The notes below the pieces were generated by a model. It was not told the DNA's origin. It made no database searches and worked only from the letters and a program-made list of their open reading frames with translations. From assembly GCF_009914755.1 (NCBI RefSeq), contig NC_060942.1: a DNA stretch of 64,000 bases. One strand, 5' to 3'. Positions 11,144 to 23,343 of this stretch are shown here, piece after piece. The stretch's first letter is position 1, and every line of letters begins with the position of its first letter. Source of the DNA: the human T2T-CHM13v2.0 reference genome, Homo sapiens. A program made the position numbers and the translations under genes.

Positions 11144-13853
11144 CATTCTCAGAAACTTGTTTGTGATGTGTGCCCTCTACTGACAGAGTTGAACCTTTCT
11201 TTTCATAGAGCAGTTTTGAAACACTCTTTTTGTAGAATCTGCAAGAGGATATTTGCATAGCTTTGAGGATTTCGTGGGAAACGGGATTGTCTTCAGGTAA
11301 AATCTAGACAGAAGCATTCTCAGAAACTTCTTTGGGATGTTTGCATTCAAGTCACAGAGTAGAACATTCCCTTTGGTAGGGCAGGTTTGAAACACTCTTT
11401 TTGTAGTATCTGGAAGTGGACATTTGGAGCGCTTTCAGGCCCATGTTGGAAAGGGAAATATCTTCCCGTAACAACTAGGCAGAAGCATTCTCAGAAACTT
11501 ATTTGAGATGTGTGTACTCAACTAAGAGAATTGAACCACCGTTTTGAAGGAGCAGTTTTGAAACACTCTTTTTCTGGAATCTGCAAGAGTATATTTGCCT
11601 AGCCTTGAGGATTTCGTTGGAAACGGGATTGTCTTCAGAGAAAATCTAGACAGAAGCATTCTCAGAAACTTCTTTGGGATGCTTGCATTCCAGTCACAGA
11701 GTAGAACATTCCCTTTGGTAGAGCAGGTTTGAAACACTCTTTTTGTAGTATCTGGAAGTGGACATTTGGAGCGCTTTCAGGCCTACGTTGGAAAAGGAAA
11801 TATCTTCCCATAACAACTAGACAGAAGCATTCTCAGAAACTAGTTTCTGATGTGTGTCCTCAACTAACACAGTTGAACATTTCTTTAGACAGAACAGTTT
11901 TGAAACACTCTTTTTGTGGAATCTGCAAGTGGCTATTTGGCTAGATTTGAGGATTTCGTTGGAAACGGGATTACATATAAAAAGCAGTCAGCAGCATTCT
12001 CAGAAAGTTCTTTGTGATGATTGCATTCAAGTCACAGAATTGAACATTCCCTTTCACAGAGCAGGTTTGAAACACTCTTTTTGTAGTGTGTGTAAGTGGA
12101 CATTTGGAGCACTTACCGGCCTAAGGTGAAAAAGGAAATATCTTCCCATAAAAACTAGACAGAAGCATTCTCAGAAACTTACTCGTGATGTGTGTCCTCA
12201 ACTAAAGGAGTAGAACCTTTCTTTTCATAGAGAAGTTTTGAAACGCTCTTTTTGTGGAATCTGCAAGTGGATATTTGGCTAGTTTTGAGGATTTCGTTGG
12301 AAGCGGGAATTCATACAAATTGCAGACTGCAGCGTTCTGAGAAACATCTTTGTGATGTTTGTATTCAGGACACAGAGTTGAACATTCCCTATCATAGAGC
12401 AGGTTTGAATCACTCCTTTTGTAGTATCTGGAAGTGGACATTTGGAGCGCTTTCAGGCCTATGTTGGAAAAGGAAATATCTTCCCATAACAACTAGACAG
12501 AAGCATTCTCAGAAACTTATTTGAGATGTGTGTACTCAACTAAGAGAATTGAACCACCGTTTTGAAGGAGCAGTTTTGAAACTCTCTTTTTCTGGAATCT
12601 GCAAGTGGATATTTGGCTAGCTTTGGGGATTTCGCTGGAAGCGGGAATACATATAAAAAGCACACAGCAGCGTTCTGAGAAACTGCTTTCTGATGTTTGC
12701 ATTCAAGTCAAAAGTTGAACACTCCCTTTCATAGAGCAGTCTTGAAACACCCCTTTTGTAGTATCTGGAACTGGACTTTTGGAGCGATTTCAGGGCTAAG
12801 GTGAAAAAGGAAATATCTTCCCATAAAAACTGGACAGAAGCATTCTCAGAAACTTGTTTATGCTGTATCTACTCAACTAACAAAGTTGAACCTTTCTTTT
12901 GATAGAGCAGTTTTGAAATGGTCTTTTTGTGGAATCTGCAAGTGGATATTTGGCTAGTTTTGAGGATTTCGTTGGAAGCGGGAATTCATACAAATTGCAG
13001 ACTGCAGCGTTCTGAGAAACATCTTTGTGATGTTTGTATTCAGGACACAGAGTTGAACATTCCCTATCATAGAGCAGGTTGGAATCACTCCTTTTGTAGT
13101 ATCTGGAAGTGGACATTTGGAGCGCTTTCAGGCCTATGTTGGAAAAGGAAATATCTTCCCATAACAACTAGACAGAAGCATTCTCAGAAACTTATTTGAG
13201 ATGTGTGTACTCAACTAAGAGAATTGAACCACCGTTTTGAAGGAGCAGTTTTGAAACTCTCTTTTTCTGGAATCTGCAAGTGGATATTTGGCTAGCTTTG
13301 GGGATTTCGCTGGAAGCGGGAATACATATAAAAAGCACACAGCAGCGTTCTGAGAAACTGCTTTCTGATGTTTGCATTCAAGTCAAAAGTTGAACACTCC
13401 CTTTCATAGAGCAGTCTTGAAACACCCGTTTTGTAGTATCTGGAACTGGACTTTTGGAGCGATTTCAGGGCTAAGGTGAAAAAGGAAATATCTTCCCATA
13501 AAAACTGGACAGAAGCATTCTCAGAAACTTGTTTATGCTGTAACTACTCAACTAACAAAGTTGAACCTTTCTTTTGATAGAGCAGTTTTGAAATGGTCTT
13601 TTTGTGGAATCTGCAAGTGGATATTTGGCTAGTTTTGAGGATTTCGTTGGAAGCGGGAATTCATACAAATTGCAGACTGCAGCGTTCTGAGAAACATCTT
13701 TGTGATGTTTGTATTCAGGACACAGAGTTGAACATTCCCTATCATAGAGCAGGTTGGAATCACTCCTTTTGTAGTATCTGGAAGTGGACATTTGGAGCGC
13801 TTTCAGGCCTATTTTGGAAAGGGAAATATCTTCCCGTAACAACTATGCAGAAG
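11144..13853 (+). repeat. 16-mer HOR structural variant (2710 bp; extra 675-bp tetramer), copy 1
   Basis: The i-j-k block occurs twice 675 bp apart (ORF anchors 12517 and 13192). Monomer a spacing is 2710. Confidence 0.93.
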
Positions 13854-15888
13854 CATTCTCAGAAACTTGTTTGTGATGTGTGCCCTCTACTGACAGAGTT
13901 GAACCTTTCTTTTCATAGAGCAGTTTTGAAACACTCTTTTTGTAGAATCTGCAAGAGGATATTTGCATAGCTTTGAGGATTTCGTGGGAAACGGGATTGT
14001 CTTCAGGTAAAATCTAGACAGAAGCATTCTCAGAAACTTCTTTGGGATGTTTGTATTCAAGTCACAGAGTAGAACATTCCCTTTGGTAGAGCAGGTTTGA
14101 AACACTCTTTTTGTAGTATCTGGAAGTGGACATTTGGAGCGCTTTCAGGCCCATGTTGGAAAGGGAAATATCTTCCCGTAACAACTAGGCAGAAGCATTC
14201 TCAGAAACTTATTTGAGATGTGTGTACTCAACTAAGAGAATTGAACCACCGTTTTGAAGGAGCAGTTTTGAAACACTCTTTTTCTGGAATCTGCAAGAGT
14301 ATATTTGCCTAGCCATGAGGATTTCGTTGGAAACGGGATTGTCTTCAGAGAAAATCTAGACAGAAGCATTCTCAGAAACTTCTTTGGGATGTTTGCATTC
14401 AAGTCACAGAGTAGAACATTCCCTTTGGTAGAGCAGGTTTGAAACACTCTTTTTTTAGTATATGGAAGTGGACATTTGGAGCGCTTTCAGGCCTACGTTG
14501 GAAAAGGAAATATCTTCCCATAACAACTAGACAGAAGCATTCTCAGAAACTAGTTTCTGATGTGTGTCCTCAACTAACACAGTTGAACATTTCTTTAGAC
14601 AGAACAGTTTTGAAACACTCTTTTTGTGGAATCTGCAAGAGGCTATTTGGCTAGATTTGAGGATTTCGTTGGAAACGGGATTACATATAAAAAGCAGTCA
14701 GCAGCATTCTCAGAAAGTTCTTTGTGATGATTGCATTCAAGTCACAGAATTGAACATTCCCTTTCACAGAGCAGGTTTGAAACACTCTTTTTGTAGTGTG
14801 TGTAAGTGGACATTTGGAGCACTTACCGGCCTAAGGTGAAAAAGGAAATATCTTCCCATAAAAACTAGACAGAAGCATTCTCAGAAACTTACTCGTGATG
14901 TGTGTCCTCAACTAAAGGAGTAGAACCTTTCTTTTCATAGAGAAGTTTTGAAACGCTCTTTTTGTGGAATCTGCAAGTGGATATTTGGCTAGTTTTGAGG
15001 ATTTCGTTGGAAGCGGGAATTCATACAAATTGCAGACTGCAGCGTTCTGAGAAACATCTTTGTGATGTTTGTATTCAGGACACAGAGTTGAACATTCCCT
15101 ATCATAGAGCAGGTTTGAATCACTCCTTTTGTAGTATCTGGAAGTGGACATTTGGAGCGCTTTCAGGCCTATGTTGGAAAAGGAAATATCTTCCCATAAC
15201 AACTAGACAGAAGCATTCTCAGAAACTTATTTGAGATGTGTGTACTCAACTAAGAGAATTGAACCACCGTTTTGAAGGAGCAGTTTTGAAACTCTCTTTT
15301 TCTGGAATCTGCAAGTGGATATTTGGCTAGCTTTGGGGATTTCGCTGGAAGCGGGAATACATATAAAAAGCACACAGCAGCGTTCTGAGAAACTGCTTTC
15401 TGATGTTTGCATTCAAGTCAAAAGTTGAACACTCCCTTTCATAGAGCAGTCTTGAAACACCCCTTTTGTAGTATCTGGAACTGGACTTTTGGAGCGATTT
15501 CAGGGCTAAGGTGAAAAAGGAAATATCTTCCCATAAAAACTGGACAGAAGCATTCTCAGAAACTTGTTTATGCTGTATCTACTCAACTAACAAAGTTGAA
15601 CCTTTCTTTTGATAGAGCAGTTTTGAAATGGTCTTTTTGTGGAATCTGCAAGTGGATATTTGGCTAGTTTTGAGGATTTCGTTGGAAGCGGGAATTCATA
15701 CAAATTGCAGACTGCAGCGTTCTGAGAAACATCTTTGTGATGTTTGTATTCAGGACACAGAGTTGAACATTCCCTATCATAGAGCAGGTTGGAATCACTC
15801 CTTTTGTAGTATCTGGAAGTGGACATTTGGAGCGCTTTCAGGCCTATTTTGGAAAGGGAAATATCTTCCCGTAACAACTATGCAGAAG

Positions 15889-18598
15889 CATTCTCAGAAA
15901 CTTGTTTGTGATGTGTGCCCTCTACTGACAGAGTTGAACCTTTCTTTTCATAGAGCAGTTTTGAAACACTCTTTTTGTAGAATCTGCAAGAGGATATTTG
16001 CATAGCTTTGAGGATTTCGTGGGAAACGGGATTGTCTTCAGGTAAAATCTAGACAGAAGCATTCTCAGAAACTTCTTTGGGATGTTTGCATTCAAGTCAC
16101 AGAGTAGAACATTCCCTTTGGTAGAGCAGGTTTGAAACACTCTTTTTGTAGTATCTGGAAGTGGACATTTGGAGCGCTTTCAGGCCCATGTTGGAAAGGG
16201 AAATATCTTCCCGTAACAACTAGGCAGAAGCATTCTCAGAAACTTATTTGAGATGTGTGTACTCAACTAAGAGAATTGAACCACCGTTTTGAAGGAGCAG
16301 TTTTGAAACACTCTTTTTCTGGAATCTGCAAGAGTATATTTGCCTAGCCTTGAGGATTTCGTTGGAAACGGGATTGTCTTCAGAGAAAATCTAGACAGAA
16401 GCATTCTCAGAAACTTCTTTGGGATGTTTGCATTCAAGTCACAGAGTAGAACATTCCCTTTGGTAGAGCAGGTTTGAAACACTCTTTTTGTAGTATCTGG
16501 AAGTGGACATTTGGAGCGCTTTCAGGCCTACGTTGGAAAAGGAAATATCTTCCCATAACAACTAGACAGAAGCATTCTCAGAAACTAGTTTCTGATGTGT
16601 GTCCTCAACTAACACAGTTGAACATTTCTTTAGACAGAACAGTTTTGAAACACTCTTTTTGTGGAATCTGCAAGTGGCTATTTGGCTAGATTTGAGGATT
16701 TCGTTGGAAACGGGATTACATATAAAAAGCAGTCAGCAGCATTCTCAGAAAGTTCTTTGTGATGATTGCATTCAAGTCACAGAATTGAACATTCCCTTTC
16801 ACAGAGCAGGTTTGAAACACTCTTTTTGTAGTGTGTGTAAGTGGACATTTGGAGCACTTACCGGCCTAAGGTGAAAAAGGAAATATCTTCCCATAAAAAC
16901 TAGACAGAAGCATTCTCAGAAACTTACTCGTGATGTGTGTCCTCAACTAAAGGAGTAGAACCTTTCTTTTCATAGAGAAGTTTTGAAACGCTCTTTTTGT
17001 GGAATCTGCAAGTGGATATTTGGCAAGTTTTGAGGATTTCGTTGGAAGCGGGAATTCATACAAATTGCAGACTGCAGCGTTCTGAGAAACATCTTTGTGA
17101 TGTTTGTATTCAGGACACAGAGTTGAACATTCCCTATCATAGAGCAGGTTGGAATCACTCCTTTTGTAGTATCTGGAAGTGGACATTTGGAGCGCTTTCA
17201 GGCCTATGTTGGAAAAGGAAATATCTTCCCATAACAACTAGACAGAAGCATTCTCAGAAACTTATTTGAGATGTGTGTACTCAACTAAGAGAATTGAACC
17301 ACCGTTTTGAAGGAGCAGTTTTGAAACTCTCTTTTTCTGGAATCTGCAAGTGGATATTTGGCTAGCTTTGGGGATTTCGCTGGAAGCGGGAATACATATA
17401 AAAAGCACACAGCAGCGTTCTGAGAAACTGCTTTCTGATGTTTGCATTCAAGTCAAAAGTTGAACACTCCCTTTCATAGAGCAGTCTTGAAACACCCCTT
17501 TTGTAGTATCTGGAACTGGACTTTTGGAGCGATTTCAGGGCTAAGGTGAAAAAGGAAATATCTTCCCATAAAAACTGGACAGAAGCATTCTCAGAAACTT
17601 GTTTATGCTGTATCTACTCAACTAACAAAGTTGAACCTTTCTTTTGATAGAGCAGTTTTGAAATGGTCTTTTTGTGGAATCTGCAAGTGGATATTTGGCT
17701 AGTTTTGAGGATTTCGTTGGAAGCGGGAATTCATACAAATTGCAGACTGCAGCGTTCTGAGAAACATCTTTGTGATGTTTGTATTCAGGACACAGAGTTG
17801 AACATTCCCTATCATAGAGCAGGTTGGAATCACTCCTTTTGTAGTATCTGGAAGTGGACATTTGGAGCGCTTTCAGGCCTATGTTGGAAAAGGAAATATC
17901 TTCCCATAACAACTAGACAGAAGCATTCTCAGAAACTTATTTGAGATGTGTGTACTCAACTAAGAGAATTGAACCACCGTTTTGAAGGAGCAGTTTTGAA
18001 ACTCTCTTTTTCTGGAATCTGCAAGTGGATATTTGGCTAGCTTTGGGGATTTCGCTGGAAGCGGGAATACATATAAAAAGCACACAGCAGCGTTCTGAGA
18101 AACTGCTTTCTGATGTTTGCATTCAAGTCAAAAGTTGAACACTCCCTTTCATAGAGCAGTCTTGAAACACCCGTTTTGTAGTATCTGGAACTGGACTTTT
18201 GGAGCGATTTCAGGGCTAAGGTGAAAAAGGAAATATCTTCCCATAAAAACTGGACAGAAGCATTCTCAGAAACTTGTTTATGCTGTAACTACTCAACTAA
18301 CAAAGTTGAACCTTTCTTTTGATAGAGCAGTTTTGAAATGGTCTTTTTGTGGAATCTGCAAGTGGATATTTGGCTAGTTTTGAGGATTTCGTTGGAAGCG
18401 GGAATTCATACAAATTGCAGACTGCAGCGTTCTGAGAAACATCTTTGTGATGTTTGTATTCAGGACACAGAGTTGAACATTCCCTATCATAGAGCAGGTT
18501 GGAATCACTCCTTTTGTAGTATCTGGAAGTGGACATTTGGAGCGCTTTCAGGCCTATTTTGGAAAGGGAAATATCTTCCCGTAACAACTATGCAGAAG
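15889..18598 (+). repeat. 16-mer HOR structural variant, copy 2
   Basis: The i-j-k block is duplicated (anchors 17262 and 17937); unit length is 2710 bp. Confidence 0.93.
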
Positions 18599-20633
18599 CA
18601 TTCTCAGAAACTTGTTTGTGATGTGTGCCCTCTACTGACAGAGTTGAACCTTTCTTTTCATAGAGCAGTTTTGAAACACTCTTTTTGTAGAATCTGCAAG
18701 AGGATATTTGCATAGCTTTGAGGATTTCGTGGGAAACGGGATTGTCTTCAGGTAAAATCTAGACAGAAGCATTCTCAGAAACTTCTTTGGGATGTTTGCA
18801 TTCAAGTCACAGAGTAGAACATTCCCTTTGGTAGAGCAGGTTTGAAACACTCTTTTTGTAGTATCTGGAAGTGGACATTTGGAGCGCTTTCAGGCCCATG
18901 TTGGAAAGGGAAATATCTTCCCGTAACAACTAGGCAGAAGCATTCTCAGAAACTTATTTGAGATGTGTGTACTCAACTAAGAGAATTGAACCACCGTTTT
19001 GAAGGAGCAGTTTTGAAACACTCTTTTTCTGGAATCTGCAAGAGTATATTTGCCTAGCCTTGAGGATTTCGTTGGAAACGGGATTGTCTTCAGAGAAAAT
19101 CTAGACAGAAGCATTCTCAGAAACTTCTTTGGGATGTTTGCATTCAAGTCACAGAGTAGAACATTCCCTTTGGTAGAGCAGGTTTGAAACACTCTTTTTT
19201 TAGTATATGGAAGTGGACATTTGGAGCGCTTTCAGGCCTACGTTGGAAAAGGAAATATCTTCCCATAACAACTAGACAGAAGCATTCTCAGAAACTAGTT
19301 TCTGATGTGTGTCCTCAACTAACACAGTTGAACATTTCTTTAGACAGAACAGTTTTGAAACACTCTTTTTGTGGAATCTGCAAGTGGCTATTTGGCTAGA
19401 TTTGAGGATTTCGTTGGAAACGGGATTACATATAAAAAGCAGTCAGCAGCATTCTCAGAAAGTTCTTTGTGATGATTGCATTCAAGTCACAGAATTGAAC
19501 ATTCCCTTTCACAGAGCAGGTTTGAAACACTCTTTTTGTAGTGTGTGTAAGTGGACATTTGGAGCACTTACCGGCCTAAGGTGAAAAAGGAAATATCTTC
19601 CCATAAAAACTAGACAGAAGCATTCTCAGAAACTTACTCGTGATGTGTGTCCTCAACTAAAGGAGTAGAACCTTTCTTTTCATAGAGAAGTTTTGAAACG
19701 CTCTTTTTGTGGAATCTGCAAGTGGATATTTGGCTAGTTTTGAGGATTTCGTTGGAAGCGGGAATTCATACAAATTGCAGACTGCAGCGTTCTGAGAAAC
19801 ATCTTTGTGATGTTTGTATTCAGGACACAGAGTTGAACATTCCCTATCATAGAGCAGGTTTGAATCACTCCTTTTGTAGTATCTGGAAGTGGACATTTGG
19901 AGCGCTTTCAGGCCTATGTTGGAAAAGGAAATATCTTCCCATAACAACTAGACAGAAGCATTCTCAGAAACTTATTTGAGATGTGTGTACTCAACTAAGA
20001 GAATTGAACCACCGTTTTGAAGGAGCAGTTTTGAAACTCTCTTTTTCTGGAATCTGCAAGTGGATATTTGGCTAGCTTTGGGGATTTCGCTGGAAGCGGG
20101 AATACATATAAAAAGCACACAGCAGCGTTCTGAGAAACTGCTTTCTGATGTTTGCATTCAAGTCAAAAGTTGAACACTCCCTTTCATAGAGCAGTCTTGA
20201 AACACCCCTTTTGTAGTATCTGGAACTGGACTTTTGGAGCGATTTCAGGGCTAAGGTGAAAAAGGAAATATCTTCCCATAAAAACTGGACAGAAGCATTC
20301 TCAGAAACTTGTTTATGCTGTATCTACTCAACTAACAAAGTTGAACCTTTCTTTTGATAGAGCAGTTTTGAAATGGTCTTTTTGTGGAATCTGCAAGTGG
20401 ATATTTGGCTAGTTTTGAGGATTTCGTTGGAAGCGGGAATTCATACAAATTGCAGACTGCAGCGTTCTGAGAAACATCTTTGTGATGTTTGTATTCAGGA
20501 CACAGAGTTGAACATTCCCTATCATAGAGCAGGTTGGAATCACTCCTTTTGTAGTATCTGGAAGTGGACATTTGGAGCGCTTTCAGGCCTATTTTGGAAA
20601 GGGAAATATCTTCCCGTAACAACTATGCAGAAG

Positions 20634-23343
20634 CATTCTCAGAAACTTGTTTGTGATGTGTGCCCTCTACTGACAGAGTTGAACCTTTCTTTTCATAGAG
20701 CAGTTTTGAAACACTCTTTTTGTAGAATCTGCAAGAGTATATTTGCATAGCTTTGAGGATTTCGTGGGAAACGGGATTGTCTTCAGGTAAAATCTAGACA
20801 GAAGCATTCTCAGAAACTTCTTTGGGATGTTTGCATTCAAGTCACAGAGTAGAACATTCCCTTTGGTAGAGCAGGTTTGAAACACTCTTTTTGTAGTATC
20901 TGGAAGTGGACATTTGGAGCGCTTTCAGGCCCATGTTGGAAAGGGAAATATCTTCCCGTAACAACTAGGCAGAAGCATTCTCAGAAACTTATTTGAGATG
21001 TGTGTACTCAACTAAGAGAATTGAACCACCGTTTTGAAGGAGCAGTTTTGAAACACTCTTTTTCTGGAATCTGCAAGAGTATATTTGCCTAGCCTTGAGG
21101 ATTTCGTTGGAAACGGGATTGTCTTCAGAGAAAATCTAGACAGAAGCATTCTCAGAAACTTCTTTGGGATGTTTGCATTCAAGTCACAGAGTAGAACATT
21201 CCCTTTGGTAGAGCAGGTTTGAAACACTCTTTTTGTAGTATCTGGAAGTGGACATTTGGAGCGCTTTCAGGCCTACGTTGGAAAAGGAAATATCTTCCCA
21301 TAACAACTAGACAGAAGCATTCTCAGAAACTAGTTTCTGATGTGTGTCCTCAACTAACACAGTTGAACATTTCTTTAGACAGAACAGTTTTGAAACACTC
21401 TTTTTGTGGAATCTGCAAGTGGCTATTTGGCTAGATTTGAGGATTTCGTTGGAAACGGGATTACATATAAAAAGCAGTCAGCAGCATTCTCAGAAAGTTC
21501 TTTGTGATGATTGCATTCAAGTCACAGAATTGAACATTCCCTTTCACAGAGCAGGTTTGAAACACTCTTTTTGTAGTGTGTGTAAGTGGACATTTGGAGC
21601 ACTTACCGGCCTAAGGTGAAAAAGGAAATATCTTCCCATAAAAACTAGACAGAAGCATTCTCAGAAACTTACTCGTGATGTGTGTCCTCAACTAAAGGAG
21701 TAGAACCTTTCTTTTCATAGAGAAGTTTTGAAACGCTCTTTTTGTGGAATCTGCAAGTGGATATTTGGCTAGTTTTGAGGATTTCGTTGGAAGCGGGAAT
21801 TCATACAAATTGCAGACTGCAGCGTTCTGAGAAACATCTTTGTGATGTTTGTATTCAGGACACAGAGTTGAACATTCCCTATCATAGAGCAGGTTTGAAT
21901 CACTCCTTTTGTAGTATCTGGAAGTGGACATTTGGAGTGCTTTCAGGCCTATGTTGGAAAAGGAAATATCTTCCCATAACAACTAGACAGAAGCATTCTC
22001 AGAAACTTATTTGAGATGTGTGTACTCAACTAAGAGAATTGAACCACCGTTTTGAAGGAGCAGTTTTGAAACACTCTTTTTCTGGAATCTGCAAGTGGAT
22101 ATTTGGCTAGCTTTGGGGATTTCGCTGGAAGCGGGAATACATATAAAAAGCACACAGCAGCGTTCTGAGAAACTGCTTTCTGATGTTTGCATTCAAGTCA
22201 AAAGTTGAACACTCCCTTTCATAGAGCAGTCTTGAAACACCCCTTTTGTAGTATCTGGAACTGGACTTTTGGAGCGATTTCAGGGCTAAGGTGAAAAAGG
22301 AAATATCTTCCCATAAAAACTGGACAGAAGCATTCTCAGAAACTTGTTTATGCTGTATCTACTCAACTAACAAAGTTGAACCTTTCTTTTGATAGAGCAG
22401 TTTTGAAATGGTCTTTTTGTGGAATCTGCAAGTGGATATTTGGCTAGTTTTGAGGATTTCGTTGGAAGCGGGAATTCATACAAATTGCAGACTGCAGCGT
22501 TCTGAGAAACATCTTTGTGATGTTTGTATTCAGGACACAGAGTTGAACATTCCCTATCATAGAGCAGGTTGGAATCACTCCTTTTGTAGTATCTGGAAGT
22601 GGACATTTGGAGCGCTTTCAGGCCTATGTTGGAAAAGGAAATATCTTCCCATAACAACTAGACAGAAGCATTCTCAGAAACTTATTTGAGATGTGTGTAC
22701 TCAACTAAGAGAATTGAACCACCGTTTTGAAGGAGCAGTTTTGAAACTCTCTTTTTCTGGAATCTGCAAGTGGATATTTGGCTAGCTTTGGGGATTTCGC
22801 TGGAAGCGGGAATACATATAAAAAGCACACAGCAGCGTTCTGAGAAACTGCTTTCTGATGTTTGCATTCAAGTCAAAAGTTGAACACTCCCTTTCATAGA
22901 GCAGTCTTGAAACACCCGTTTTGTAGTATCTGGAACTGGACTTTTGGAGCGATTTCAGGGCTAAGGTGAAAAAGGAAATATCTTCCCATAAAAACTGGAC
23001 AGAAGCATTCTCAGAAACTTGTTTATGCTGTAACTACTCAACTAACAAAGTTGAACCTTTCTTTTGATAGAGCAGTTTTGAAATGGTCTTTTTGTGGAAT
23101 CTGCAAGTGGATATTTGGCTAGTTTTGAGGATTTCGTTGGAAGCGGGAATTCATACAAATTGCAGACTGCAGCGTTCTGAGAAACATCTTTGTGATGTTT
23201 GTATTCAGGACACAGAGTTGAACATTCCCTATCATAGAGCAGGTTGGAATCACTCCTTTTGTAGTATCTGGAAGTGGACATTTGGAGCGCTTTCAGGCCT
23301 ATTTTGGAAAGGGAAATATCTTCCCGTAACAACTATGCAGAAG
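20634..23343 (+). repeat. 16-mer HOR structural variant, copy 3
   Basis: The i-j-k block is duplicated (anchors 22007 and 22682); unit length is 2710 bp. Confidence 0.93.
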
